From Stegostoma tigrinum (taxonomy: Eukaryota), in contig NC_081356.1 of the NCBI RefSeq assembly GCF_030684315.1, positions 90,566,835-90,630,834 on the forward strand: a stretch of DNA of 64,000 nucleotides, written 5' to 3'. The position numbers and the translations under genes are program-made. Under the pieces are notes generated by a model. That model saw only the letters and a list, made by a program, of their open reading frames with translations, had not been told where the DNA came from and did no database searches. Shown piece by piece: positions 49,640 through 63,517 of the stretch. How positions within the stretch are numbered: the stretch's first letter is position 1; each line of letters starts with the position of its first letter.

Positions 49640-52600
49640 GTAGGGGAATCATAAAGATAAGAGTAGAGTCCAACAGACTCAATGTTCTTTCAGCTTGTGA
49701 GAATGAGGACTGCAGTTTGTGAGGTGACTAACTATGACAACATTGTAATTCAGGGGAATTGAAAAAAATGGTCATATTATTGGAGGATAATATAGTTAGA
49801 ATAACTTTCTCTGCAGCAAAGACTGAGAATTCAGAAGGCTGTGTTATTTCCCCAAGAAAACTGGAATCAGGAGAATGATTCAGTTACGGTGAGGCAACGG
49901 GGCATGGCTAAGGCTTGGAATGAGCTTTGAATAGACAATATACAAAGTTAGGCCCTGAATAAAAAAAGAGCCTCAAAGGTAACAATCCCTGGACTATTAC
50001 TGAACCTCATGCAAATGAGTAAAGGGTAAAGAAGATTAGATTGATGATTCCATAGTTCAAAGACTAGAGTGAGGAAGCTAATACCAATTTGGCACCAAGA
50101 AAGTGGGAGCTGTACCATTGCAGTGGACTTCACTTGAGCTATGCTGGAATTGATGTTCTAGTGAGTTGACTCATGAGGGAAGTAATGAAGAATTTAAATT
50201 AAATAGTAGGTAATAGGGGCCATGAAGGGTAAGATTGAGTAAATCGAAGGGATTTTGCAAGGCAGTAGCTCAAGGTAGCAATAAGATAATCAGAAAATGG
50301 CAGGAAGTAACAATGATTGCAAACTTAACAGCATGCCGGTAATTAGGGACAGAACTTGCTAAAACAGTAAAAAAAAATCTGAGTTAAGGGCTGTGTATAT
50401 AAATGTCTGCAGCATTAGCTAAAATAAAATTATGAATTGTTATCTCAAATAAAAACTCATATGTATGACCTATTAGCCACTACAAAGGCATTGGTACAAG
50501 AAAACTAAAACTGAGATCTGAATATCCGAGGGTTTGTGACATTTAGCAAAAGGCAGGAAGTTGGAAATAGGTGGTGGGGCAGCTCTGTTCTTTAAATAAG
50601 CCATCATTACTGCAAGGAGAGATGTAGAATCAGTTTAGGCGCAACCACATAACAGCAGGACAGAAGATTTTGTGGGGCTTCTTTATAGGCCACCAAAAAA
50701 CAGGGATAACATAAATTGTTATTATAAATCAGGAAATACAAGGTATTTGTAACAAGGGTATTGTAGTAAGCAGAGGGATTTCAACCTACATATAGAACAG
50801 GGTAAATCTAATACTAATATTGTGGAGATGGCAAAGGAAATGATGAAGATATGAGGGGCAAATTGGCTATGTTGAATTGAAAATTATATTAAAAAGTATG
50901 ATGATACACAGGCAATGAATAGCAGGAACTAACTAATACTTAGCTTTTCAATGAATATATATTCTTATAATGGAAAGAAAAATGACAAAGAAATAATTTT
51001 GATTGCAGCTAACAAAATAAGTCAAGGATTGTATTAGATCAAAAGGAAAGGACAATAAAATTGCTGATAAAATGAAACGTCTGAAGATTGGGAAGATTTT
51101 AGAGAAGTACCAAGAAAATGATTAAGCTGTGGCAAACAGAATATGAGAGAAAACTAGTGAGAAACTTAAAAATAGAGTGTAAAAGCTTCTGAAAGTATAT
51201 AAAAATTAAATAATTCTTGAAACAAATGTATGCCCATTATACGCAGATACAGCGCAGTTTATAATAATGGGGAATTAATAACCAACAGAGCAAACAAAAA
51301 ATTACTTAGAGTAAAATGAAAGGGATCACTGGGCTTAAAATATTAATTCTGTTTTCCCTCCACAGATATTCTCACACTTGCTGTGTTTCTCCAGCACTCT
51401 CTGTTTTTGTTTCAACTACTTAAAGTATCTGTCTTCATAAAAGCAAATATAAAAATACTCTAAGAAATAATGGAGAATCTAAAAACTGGTGATATTGAGG
51501 AAATGCAAAATATTAATACTAGTTAAAAAAAGCTAGATCTCGAATGATTAATAGTGCTAACAGTGGAAGAATTCCCCTGGGGATGATAATCTACATCCCA
51601 GAGCATTAGAAGAGGTGTTACAGAGGTTCTCAATGAATTAATTGTCGTCTTTCCAAATTTTATAAACTCTTGAATGTTTCTGGTGGAATGAAAGGATCAG
51701 TTCTTGGGCTCCAAATATTTACAATCCATGTCAAAAATTTGGATGTGGGTATTAAATTTACTACTTCCAAGTTTTTAGGGTTCACAAAATTGGGTGGGAG
51801 TATGGCTTGTGCAAAATACTTCAATGAGATTTGGAGAAGTTAAATCAGTGGGAAAAAAACTTGGCAGATTTAATACAATGTGGAGAAATATGAGGTATCC
51901 ACTTTGGTTGGAAAATATTGAGTACTTCATAAATTGTGAGAGTCTGGGAAATGTTAAATCTCAAAGAGACATGGTATCCTTCTTCTTCTCACTAAAAGTT
52001 AACATGCAATTGTACCAAATGGCGTGTTGACCTTTATACGGAGAGGATTTGAGAATAGGAGCAAAGATAGCTTACTGAAATTTTGTAAAGCTTTGGTGTG
52101 ATCACATTTGGGGTACTGCATGCAGTTTGATCTCTTAACCTACAAAAAGATATACTGGTCATAGTGTGTGTGCAACCAAAGTTCACCAAATAATCCATGT
52201 GATGGATGGATTGTTCTACCAGGAAAAGTTAAACAGATTGGGCCTCTATCCCTGGAATTTAAAAAACAATGAGAGCTGATTTCGTTTGAACCTAGTAGAT
52301 TCTCACATGATTGACGGGGTGGATGCAGGAAGGATGTCTCCCTTGAGCTTGTGGGGGGCATGAGTGAGATGGTCTTGAACCAAGGGATATAATCTCAGAA
52401 TAATGACAGACAGTTAAGTCTGAGAACAAGAGAAATCTCTTCACTCAGAATGTGGTGATTATTTGAATTCTCTGCCCCAGAGGGTTGTGGAGGCTTGGCA
52501 TGTTACAGGCTGAGGTTGATAATGTTCCTATGGGGTGGCACGGTGGCTCAGTGGTTAGCACTGCAGCGTCACGGCACCAGGGACCCTGGTTCAATTCCAG

Positions 52601-53000
52601 CCTCAGGCGACTGTCTGTGCAGAGTTTGCACATTCTCCCTGTGTCTGCATGGGTTTCCTCTGGGTGCTCTTGTTTCCTCCCACAGTCCAAAGATGTGCAG
52701 GTTAGGTGGATTGGCTATGCTAAATTGCCTGTAGTGTTCAGGGGTGTGTGGGTTTTAGGGGGATGGGTCTGGGTGGGATGCTGCAAGGGGCAGTGTGGAC
52801 TTGTTGGGCTATAAAAGGCCTGTTTCCACACTGTAGGGAATCTAATCTAATCTACACAATAAAAAGATTGAGGGATATGGGGATAGTGCAGGAAAATTCT
52901 GTTGAAGGAAAAGATCAGCTATGATCTTGTTGAATGTTGCTACAGCCTTAATGGGCTCAACTGCCTAATTCTGCTCCCAGTTCTTATGTTTTCATATTAA
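49640..53000 (+). mobile_element. Long decayed CR1 LINE (ORF1 esterase-like remnant to 3' tail)
   Basis: Collinear remnants: ILLEDNIVR (GDSIVR-like), YRPP, DFNL, GSVLGLQIFTI, HLGYCMQF, and tail GCTCCCAGTTCTTATGTT. Confidence 0.75.
52532..52854 (+). mobile_element. HE1-like V-SINE nested in CR1
   Basis: GGCACGGTGGCTCAGTGGTTAGCACTGC head, V-core and (AATCT)n tail. Confidence 0.9.
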
Positions 53001-54799
53001 CTAGGGAAAGTAGTTCATGAGTTTAAAGAGTTGTTATTAGGCAAAGCATTGAGTGCTGATGAGAATGAGGACTTCAGCATGGTAGACAGAGAACATTATC
53101 ACTCTGGAACCCTTGACAACATAAGATAATGTGACGATACTATGGTTTGATGAGGTTATTTTATCCTGGAATATTTTGAAGAGAGGTTTTAAGACAGAGC
53201 TGCCAAGCAGTCTAACAGAGCCAATAGAGGAAACAGTGTGCACCATCTATAAGATGCAAAGCAGAAATTCTCCAAGGCACTTTGGATGGCTTGTTTTAAA
53301 CCCTTGACAATTACCGTGTAGAAGGACAAGGGCATCAGATACATGGGAACACTATCACCAGTATGTTTTCCTCCAAGCCACTCAGCATCTTGACTTGAAA
53401 ATATATTGCCAATCCTTCAGTGTCACTGGGTCAAAATCTTGGATCTCATTCCCCATTGGCATTGTGGGTCCAATGAAACCAAAAAGACAACTGTAGTTCA
53501 AGAGGCTGATCACCAAGATGACAACCAATGCATTGAGTATCTCTGTAACACCTCTTACAATGTTCTGGGATGTAAATGATCATCTCCAAGGGATTCACCC
53601 ACTCTAAGTCTTATTAATTTCTCTAGGGCTCTTTAGAACTTAATTTTTCTGTTTTTTTTTGTTTGCCATGAAGTCAGCAACTGAATATATTTATTTATAA
53701 GGGGCTACCAATGTATTTCTAACAAAAAAAACTGTTCATAAAACAAAAGAAAAATCATGAGAATTGTTGAAATGGTATAACTCTGCATATCAATTACTAA
53801 CTAGCTCAGGCAGAGGCTTGATCCTGACCCTTGTCTGAGAACAAATCCAGCTTTGACGGTTGTAGATCAATATCATTTGCAACAACTCTTCAAGTCCCAG
53901 CAGCACCACCAGGAATTGTGGCCAGTGCTGGGCCTTCTGTGAAGGGTCAACATTGGATTCAGGTAACAAGGACTCTCTGACGGTTTTCGTGGTGCCATTC
54001 TGGCAGCTTCCAGTAATACTGGAGAGGCACGTTTGTGAGGGTGGGGCTAATACCTCGGTATGGAGAGTACCATCGGCTTGGGCTTCCATTCCGCACAAAA
54101 TCTGAGAACAGAAGGGACAGCCCCAGCCCTCAATAATCCATCAAAGTTCATCTAGCAGCCTCACCACATGATATGGACAATGCTGCTGCTGGCAGGAAGA
54201 GACACTTAAGAGGGCATTAATTGGCCACTTATGTGCCTTATTTAGAGCAGAGTTGACACATTGATCAACGCCCCCTCCACCGCTGGTATAATGCCAATCA
54301 AGGAGAATTGATGATGATGATGGAGCCTCCCTAACATGTCAGCCAATTTAAAGACTCCCCTGTCCCACCTGACAGCCTACCCTTGAGAAGTGGGAGCATC
54401 TGGTTAAGGAGGGGCATAAAATTTCAGCTAATATTCTGGGATCACAACATTGTTCTGCTACACTTAACTTACTGATATGAAGATGAAGTGACCATTTAAC
54501 CATATTATATGCTGAGCACAAAAATTGCAACTTTTGCAGTAGATCCATGATCCACTTTTAATTTTCAAAGTATCAGAACACTAATGGATTAGCATGCTGC
54601 GAATTTTAGAATCATAAAGATCAACTATTCCTCTCACCTTTTTCACTCTGTGTTTTAAAAAATATATGCGATTGGGATCCTGTACCTTTCTGACTTTAGA
54701 TTCTACCTATTTTTTCAGTACCATTTCCTGACTCTCTGCTAGAATATTCCACGGATGTTTCAAGTTCTTGAATGCAATAAAATGTCAGCAATTGTGTTC

Positions 54800-55230
54800 T
54801 TAAGCTTCAGCCTTGTTTTTGAGTCTGAGTCAAAATACCTTGGATCCAAGCCCTACTCTGGGGCCTGGAGGACAAATCTGGACTGTGACTCCACTGGAGT
54901 GCTGAGAAAAAGCCATCATTCAGATCACACAATAAACCGAGGTCTTGTCTACTCTCTCAGGATGATGTTAAAGATTCAATCGCAGTGTTCAAGGGGAGCA
55001 GAGAAAAATTCCTTGTAATTGTGGAAATATTTATGCCTCAACCAGTGTCACCAATAGCAAATAATGCAGTTATTTACCACATTCCTGTTTGGAAATTTGC
55101 TCTATGAACATGGGTTTGCTGTGTTGCCCTGCAAGAGTAACTACACTTCAAAATTATTTATTCGAGTATGAAGTGCTTTGACATATCCCAAGATTGTAAA
55201 AAGTTATATTTAAACAGCAGTTTCTTCTTC
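54800..55230 (+). mobile_element. DeuSINE (SacSINE1-like), decayed
   Basis: TAAACCGAGGTCTTGTCTACTCTCTCAGG core and ACTACACTTCAAAA 3' motif; homologous to 7695-8085. Confidence 0.65.
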
Positions 55231-55619
55231 TTCCTTCTTAGCTGCTTCGAAGTAAAACAAAGTTGCAGAAAAACTACATGATTTTAGAAAATTTTGTTGA
55301 ATTTTGTTATTCAATGAAAGAAACATTCTTCAGTTACATGGGTTTGCTGCTTATTTCTGTGGATGCTTATAATTTAGTGGATTCAGGAAATGGATTGACA
55401 TTATGACCTGGATTATGAGGCAAGGCACTGGGAGTGCAGATTTTACCCAGGTGGTAGGAAGGAGGAATGAGCCAGTGTAGTATTTTTTTGGATAGTTAAA
55501 TTTTATTAACTGAAACACCAACAACTCTTTGCCTTTTTGTAGCACCCAGTAATAAAACAGTAACAACATAAAGCAACGTATGGTGACAAGTCACACAAGG
55601 AGCAGATGATCAACACACT

Positions 55620-56270
55620 ATTCAAGAAGGTAGGTTTTAAGGACAATTGTAAAGTGAAGAGAATGGTAAAACGTCAGGGAGGCTATCTCAAAGTTTATGG
55701 CCTTGGCAACTGAAGGTACAGACCTCAATGATGGAGCGCTCAAAATTGGAATACTCAAGAAGACAGAATTAGGGGAGCATAAATATCTTTTGGGGGTTAT
55801 GCAACTGGAAGAGATTACAGATCCTAAGGAAAACAAAGATGTTGTTTTTAAATTAAGTACTGTTTAACCAGCAGTTGATGCAAACTAGTGAACACATGGA
55901 TAATAGGGGAATGGGACTTGGTCAGTTAGAACACCAGCACAGAATTTTGGATGAATTCGAGGCCTCAGAGGATAGAATGTTGGAGTAGCCCAGATGACAC
56001 TTGAGTAGTCATGTCTGGAGTTAACGAAAGCTTGCATGAAAATTTCAGCAACATCTGAGAGAAGCATGAAAAGTGAGGTGGCTTTCCAAGGTGGGATGCA
56101 GCAGTCGTAGCGATAAGGCAGGCAACTGGTCAGAGTCTTATCTCAGAAGTAAATATGAGACCAAAGCTGTGAGCAGTCTCATTTAGCTTGAGCCAGGGAC
56201 GAAATGCACTCGGTGGACTACAGAACGAAATTGTAGTGGCAACTAAAATGAATGAGATGAATTTTGGTCT
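55620..56270 (-). mobile_element. L2-clade LINE 3' remnant
   Basis: AEIFMQAFVNSRHDYSS resembles the L2 motif AETLIHAFVTSRLDYCN. Confidence 0.7.
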
Positions 56271-56750
56271 CAGGTCCCAGTCCTGACATTGTCTGGAATT
56301 ATGAACATATGCCATGTGAAATAGGAACAGAAGTAGTTTGGCCCCTCAAGCCAGTTCAGCTGACAGCTGAATGTTCACATTTTGAATTCTACATTCCCAT
56401 GTATCACTGGCAACTTTTGATATTCTGCTTAACAATAATCCATCTACCTATGCTTTCAAAATATTCAAATGGCCCCGCTTCCTTTGCCTTCTGAGGCAGA
56501 AAGTTCCAAAATTGTACAACCATCTGAGAGAAAAACTTTTTCACTTCACTAGCCTAAAAGGGTGAGTTTGAAAAATACCTTCATGTTTGATCCTCACATA
56601 ATCCTAGAAATACTGTGTGATTCACCATATTCTCCCAATCAAATGTATAAAGCTCCAAATTCAAAAATAGAATTCCAGGGTAATCTCCTTCCAATAATTT
56701 TAATGTCTTTTAATTCTGCACTCACTTACCAGGGAAAACACCCACACTAT

Positions 56751-56840
56751 GATAACAAGGTGTAGAGCTGGATGAACACAGCAGGCCAAGCAGCATCATA
56801 GGCGGAGGAAAGCTGACGTTTCAGGCCTTTCTTCAGAAAG
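56751..56840 (-). mobile_element. PLE terminal fragment
   Basis: GATAACAAGGTGTAGAGCTGGATGAACACAGCAGGCCAAGCAGCATC...GACGTTTC...TTCTTCAG. Confidence 0.85.
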
Positions 56841-57052
56841 GGCCATTTTCTGCACAATACAAACCTAGACCATTCTACCCATCCTCATTAGACAACCTGT
56901 TCATTTTTTCTAGAAAACCTCTTCTGAACTGTCATCAAGATACTTGCATTCTTCCTTAAATAAGAGACCGTAAGTGAACACAACATTAAAAATGTAGGTC
57001 TCACCAATACCCAGAATAACTGAAGTGAAACTGAAATAGTCTTGACTAGTTA

Positions 57053-57193
57053 CAAAATAAAAACTGAAAGAACTGCGGATGCTGTAAATCAGGAACAGAA
57101 ACAAAGTTGCTGGAAAAGCTCAGCAGGTCTGGCAGCATCTGTGAAGAAAAAATCAGATTTAACATTTCACCAAACATGAAACGTTAACTCTGA
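57053..57193 (-). mobile_element. PLE family B terminus with short inverted arm
   Basis: Same sequence as 20595-20840. TSD TGA(C/T)TAGTTACAA at 57043-57055 and 57191-57203. Confidence 0.82.
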
Positions 57194-58639
57194 TTAGTTA
57201 CAAGACGGGTTTAACTACAAGTATGTTTTGACAGATTTTACAGAAAACGTCAAGTTGTATACTCAAGTATTGCTCCTTTCGCATGTTTTTGGTGCGAGAG
57301 GAGCAGCATTAGGCCATTTGGCCCTTAGTTTCTGTTCTGCCATTCATTCTGATCACAGCAGATTATCCAATTCAATAGCCTGTTCCTGCTTTTCCCTGAT
57401 ATACCTTGACTCATTTAACTCCAAGTTTGATACTGAACTACTTCTTGAAATGATTTGGCCTTGATTACTTCTGGAGGTAGAAAATTCCATAGGTTACTGC
57501 TATTTGGTTATACTCGGTTGCTTACCTCCCCTTTCATAGCTGCAATGCCCTGGGATGGTCAGTATGTCAATTACAGTTCAGTTCTTTGAACATCCTTTCA
57601 TTCTTGTGACATTCTTGTGAACCTTCTCTGGACCTCTTCCAAATCCAGCACGTCTTTCCTTTGATAAGGATGCCAAAACTGCTCACAGTATTTCATAAAC
57701 ATTTCCTGATTCTCTCTAAACTTACTTTGATATAAGATATTCCCATAATTTTCAATCCCAGTTCATAATCACATGTTTTCTTTATATATATCTCCTATCC
57801 TCACTCACTCATTCCCATTTAGTTTATACATCCCATTATTTGTTACCCTATCCCTAAATATTGACAAAACTTTATTGCCAATTGCAAACAAAATTTTTTT
57901 TTTCTTGGGAATCATTCATTCTGTCTGATACCAACCCTGTACATGCCCTATTCCTTAAAATAATAATTTTTTATTTTGTTTTTGCCACAGTTGTTTTGAT
58001 TCTTTATAATACAGAAGTTAAATTTCATTATAGTTCAACCAATGCTGATACCATCTTTAAACACTAAACAGTAAAGGAATATTGAACATTCTGATGATTA
58101 CTTTAACCATTTAGAAAAGATCCTTAGAGCCTTTAGTTTCCCTTAAGACAACATCTTACTCCTCCATTATCTCATCTTGTTTGTTAAATATCACCAATGA
58201 TGACTACATAATTACTGCTAATTATCATAAAAACTCATCTATTCTCCGATGTCGTTTAGGGAAGGAAATCTGCTGGCATCATCCAGCCTGGCCTACATGA
58301 GCAATTAGGGATGGACAATAAAAGCTGGCTTAGCCATTGAAACCCACATCCCATAGATAAGTAAAAAAAGGGACCTTTATTGAATGTGTGGCACACACCT
58401 GAAGCATGCTGTGAACAGTATTCTAGTGAATTTTCTAACTCGGGTGATAGAGAGGACTTTGAACGAAATGAAGCTAGTTGGTGGAAATATTGTGAAAGGT
58501 AACAACAAAGTAATAGAGCAGGGCAGCACTTTGGGTGATGTTTACTAGGGCGTGGCAAGAAGGGACGGAATACACAAGCATGAGTGCATCGGCAGATAAG
58601 GCCTGAGATTGTAAAAATATGAAAGAAATACAACTTAAG

Positions 58640-60560
58640 GCTCTAATTCTCAATACACACTACATTTCTCACAACAGATATGAATCGTAAGCATAGATAA
58701 AGATGAACATGTATTACTTGATAGGAATTTCAGGGACATTGTTGAAAGGTGGCCAAGACTGGGAGCTGAATGTTGAAGGGCATTTGACATACGAAAATTA
58801 CAGAAAGCGAGGATAAAATGGTGGCTTAGCATTGTTAATTAGGAATGGCATTAGTTCAGTTGAGAGATGATCATAACTTAGAATATCAAAGCGCAGAATC
58901 AGTTTGGGTAGAGATAAGAAATAGTAGATGTATTAGGTGACTTCTTGTTTATTGGCATCCTAACAGCAGTTGCAATGAAGGGCAAAGCACAGAGGAACAA
59001 ATAAACACAGCATGACATAAATATACCAAAGTAATTGTGGGTAGCTTTAATCTATATGTAGATTGGGAGAAGCAGATTGACAAATAATGCTGTGAGATAT
59101 GCCTTTAAGGAGGATTTGGTCTGTCCTTTTTCATTTGAAAGCAACTGTTGTAAACTTGAGCCAAGCTGACTGCTCTGATCCTGGCAATGTAGCTTTTGTT
59201 TTATAAGCAGGTAAAAAATAAGCATGAGTAGTCGGGATCAAGCTCCTACAGAACCAGGATTTTAGTTTAGCTCTCAGTAGCTGGTTGGGTTTGAAAGCTG
59301 CTATAGCAAAATGCTTGAGCTCTCTCTCTCTCACAGTTTTGTCTTGATATTCTTTCCTCCTGGACTGGAGAAATATTGCATGTGAGACCGCCTATCTTCT
59401 TGAATTTGTCTCTGCCGAGAATGTATTTATGGGATATTACTATCTTGGAACAGCTAATCAGTAATAGTAAACCAACATATATTGTGGTTAGATATTTCAA
59501 TAGATTTACAGTTAAGCTTTTTGTTTATTCATCTGTTGTTTGTATTTTAACTGCATTGAAAGAATAAAGTGTGTTTGTTTCAAGCCTGGTAGTTTGACCA
59601 GTTGAATTGCATTTGGAACACCTCACACTTGCTTATAAAAATAAGAAACTGTTGGGTTTAGGCGATTTTCTTAATATATTTGGAGGGTGTTTTAACTGGT
59701 TCATAACCATATATCCTGGAAAATTTGCCTTCAGAACAAATCATACGGGAATATTTTCTCCAGCCTACCAGGGCACAAGTAATTCCAGACCAATTGCTGA
59801 CCAATCAGGCAAAATTAATCATATCCACCAGGTAAAGCAGACTCAAAGTGACTGCGACCATAACATGTTTGTAAAGGAGTGTGAGTTCATGATTAGTGTT
59901 TTAAACCATAAAAAGGTAGCTATGAGGGCATGAGGTTAAGCTGGCTAAGGTGGACTTGGGAATTAGGTTAAAAGGAAGTTTCAGTGGAGTTGCATTGACA
60001 GATTTTCAAGGAAATATTTAGTGGCCCTCAGCAAAGAATCATTTCAGTGAGAAAGAAAGGCTTTTTATGAGAAAGATGCATTACTTGTGGTTAAATAAGG
60101 ATGTTAAACATAGGTTTAAATTGAAAGAAACACCATATAAATCTGCAAAGCCAAGTGGTAGGTCTGAGGATCGGACAGACTTTAACACACAGCAAAGAAT
60201 GACTAAAAAGAAAATAATGAGGCAGAAAACAAAGTATGAGATAAAACTAACTGGTAATATAAAAACAGACTGTAATATTTCTATAAGTATTTGAATAAGA
60301 AAAGAATAACTGAAGCTCGTGTGCGTCCTCTAGAGAGTGAATCTGTGGAATTGATCATGGAAAGCAAAGCAATAACAAAAATCTTGAATAAGACTTTTTT
60401 GTACCTGTCTTCACTTAGAAAACTTCCCAAAGACAAATGCAAATCAGGAAATGACAGAGAGGGATAAACTTGAAACAAACAACATCGCCAGGGAAAAAGC
60501 GTTAGGAAATCAACTGGATCTAAAACTTAACAAGTCTCTAAAACCTAACTTAGGAGACGT
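58640..60560 (+). mobile_element. Decayed CR1 ORF2 5' half interrupted by an LTR
   Basis: ESVWVEIRN endonuclease remnant, WLNKDVKH..KLKE..YK.AK.SG..ED and YEIKLTGNIKTDC. Confidence 0.75.
59091..59707 (+). mobile_element. Probable solo LTR
   Basis: TG...CATAAC termini and AATAAA at about 59563. Similar to 24838-25452 and interrupts a CR1. Confidence 0.6.
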
Positions 60561-61509
60561 AGGTTTAAAAATTGAGCACTAGTGATCACTAAGGCCAGAG
60601 AAAACAAAATCATGGTCCCTGGTGCTTTGTCTGTTAATATGCCCTTATCTCTTTTCCCCACCAGCTTGTAACCTATGATAGCTCCTATGCCTTTGTGAAG
60701 CATTTTGTGTTTAATAGAATAAAGCAGCATGGAAGGAGGACATTCAGCCCATCAAGTCTCTGCCATTTCTCTTGAAAAGAGATCCAGTCAATCCTATCAT
60801 TGCCTTTCTTAAACATGGCATTTCCTGAATCTATGTTTCCAAGTATATATCCAATTTCCTTTTGAAATCCAATTTGAATATCTGTTCACCTCAATATCTG
60901 GGAAAGCGTGCATTCCAATTCCTATCTACTATTTGTGTCAAGGTTTTTTTCTTGTGTTAAACTTGTTTTTTTTTAGTTTTAAGGAAGCTAAATCTGGGAT
61001 CCTCGATTATCAATTCTACAGCCATTGAAAACATGTCCTATTTATTCCACCTAAACCCTTTGTAATTTTATATGCCTCCAATGAAACTGCGAGGCTTCTT
61101 AAATCTTTGGACAACTTTATTGTCTCTGTAATGCCTTATCCCTGGAGGTGTTCTAGGAAATCACTTCTGAACCCCCATAAAACAATTCTGTTCATTTGGT
61201 GCCAAGAACTGTAAACCATAGCCACAATGGGATCAAATTCTTTCATACGGGTTTGTGTGCTCTATTTTTCTGTTTGCAAAGTGCATTGTAAACTCAGTTT
61301 TAAAATCTTGTACGTTTGAATTGATTTATGGAGTGTCTTATCAAGCCTCCATTAAACTTAATGTGACAATACACGAGGAAAGTACTAATTTCCTCAACAC
61401 CACTTGATTTTAACGTGATGCAAAGCAATAGTCAGTAAGAATTTTTATGTTCAAAATGACTGACATACATGTCTCCACTAAAAAAATCCATCACCCTAGA
61501 CATGCCTTA

Positions 61510-61975
61510 CATAATGTTGGAAGTTACAGGACACCAGGTTATAGTCCAACAGGTTTATTTGAAGTCACAAGCTTTTGGAGCTCTGCTCCTTTGTCATAGA
61601 ACATAGAACATAGAATATTACAGCACAGTACAGGCCCTTTGGCCCTCGATGTTGTGCCGACCTGCCATACCGATCTCAAGCCCATCTAACCTACACTATT
61701 CCATGTACGTCCATATGCTTGTCAAATGATGACTTAAATGTACCTAAAGTTGGCGAATCTACTACTTCTCAGTTGAAGAGAATCAGTGTGAAAACTTGTG
61801 ATTTCAAATAACTTGGTAGGATAATAACCTGGAACAAAAAAAGGAGCTGTTGGAAAAGATCAGCAGGTCTGACAGCATCTATGAAGAGAAAATCAGAGTT
61901 ATCGTTTTGGGTTTGGTGACCCTTCCTCAGATCATAACCTGGTGTTGTGTAATCTCTTACTTTGTCCATTCTAAA
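61510..61975. mobile_element. Nested cluster: PLE family C arms, young CR1 tail (61597-61768) and PLE family B terminus (61830-61931)
   Basis: CACCAGGTTATAGTCCAAC and its inverted counterpart ATAACCTGGTG flank a (CATAGAA)n CR1 tail and a family B end with ATAACCTGG duplication (61824-61832 and 61934-61942). Confidence 0.7.
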
Positions 61976-62089
61976 CCACCTCCAAATCCACATCCTCTCT
62001 TACACAGACTGATTAAGTTGTAGATATCATGTTTCCATCATCTAATGTTATGGTCCAAGCTAATGAGAAGTGGTAGTTAAGATGATTGG

Positions 62090-62720
62090 CCAGAATATGA
62101 AGAATGGCAGAGAATGACTAAAAGGTTAATCAGGAGGAGGATATTAAATTATGAAAGAAAGTTAACAAGGAATATAAAAGTGCATAGCAAGAGTTTCAAC
62201 AGGTATTTAAAATGGCAGAGGGTAAGTAAAATGAGTTTCAGTGTTCTAAGGAGCGAGAACAGGGAGTTAGTACTCAATAATAAGGAAGTGGCAGATGAAA
62301 TGAAGAAATATAAACTTCTGTCTATCCTACACAGGATACGTAAAAACTTTCCAGTAATAATGGTTAATTGGGAGGTGGAAGGGAGAGTAAAGGTTAGTGA
62401 AATTAGAACTGCAAGGGAAGCAGTACTGAGCAAACAATAGTGCTGAGGGCTGACAAGTTTCAGGGTTTCGTCTTCCAGACGGACTACCTCCTAGTGCCTG
62501 AAAAGAGGATGTTAATTAGGGAGTAGATGCATTGGTGTAAATTTTCCAAAATTCCCGAAATGCAGGAAAATTTCCAGCACACTGTAAAGTAACAAACATA
62601 ACTATTCTAATCAAAGAGGGAGGGACGTGAAAGACAGGAAATTATAGGCCAGGTGGCTTGACATCTGCCGTGGGGAAAGTGTTAAATTCATTCATTGAAC
62701 TGATTATAGCTGGGCACTTA
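62090..62720 (+). mobile_element. CR1 ORF2 fragment
   Basis: YERKLTRNIKVHSKSFNRYLK, then TGNYRPGGLTSAVGKVL. Confidence 0.8.
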
Positions 62721-63159
62721 ACTGGACTCATATATTTAACAGTCTTGTAGTATGACTGGTAAAAGACACATTTTTCTTAAAGCTTTTCGTCTTGCAATCA
62801 TGAGAACAATTTGCAAAAATATCAATCTACGGGGAAAGCTAACATTTACATTGCATAAGAGAGTGCTGATTGGTTGGAACTGAATTCTGATTGGTAGACT
62901 TGTTGCTATTGAGAATGCACCCATGAATGCTGATTGATAGTTAACTGTGAGGCTGTGAGGCTTTGCTCAAATTTGAAACCAGGCAACATAGCAATGATTC
63001 ATCAAGGCATTGCCATGAAAAATGAACAGTAAACGACTTCAAACAGGCAAAGTACATGTGCATGGTCTTTCTGGAGACAGATTTTTAATTAATCATGGAT
63101 TGAAGGGTTATGGCAAGTGGGCGGGAAATTGGAGTTGAGGCTGAGGTGAGATCAGCATC

Positions 63160-63517
63160 CAGAATCAAAGAATCTCCACACTGTGAAAGAGGGCCATTTG
63201 GCCCATCATGTCAACACTGCCCCTCTAGAGAGAATCCTTCCCAGACCCATAACCTCATTTACCATGGTTCATCCACCTAACCTGTTAATCCATCCATCCT
63301 ACACATTCTTGGACCTATGGGCATTTTAGCACAGTTAATCCACCTAACTTGCACATCTTTGGATTATGTGAGAAAACCAGAGCACGCAGACAAACTCATG
63401 CAGAAACGGAGAGAATGTGCAAACTCTACACAGACAAGTCATCCAAGGGTGGAGTCAAAACCACGTCCCTGCTGCTATGAGGCAGCAGTGCTAAACACTA
63501 AACCATTGTGCTACCGT
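63160..63517 (-). mobile_element. HE1-like V-SINE inserted in a CR1 3' tail (63090-63592)
   Basis: Reverse complement of the SINE head and V-core, with flanking CR1 tail (GTTCTTAT)n. Confidence 0.85.
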
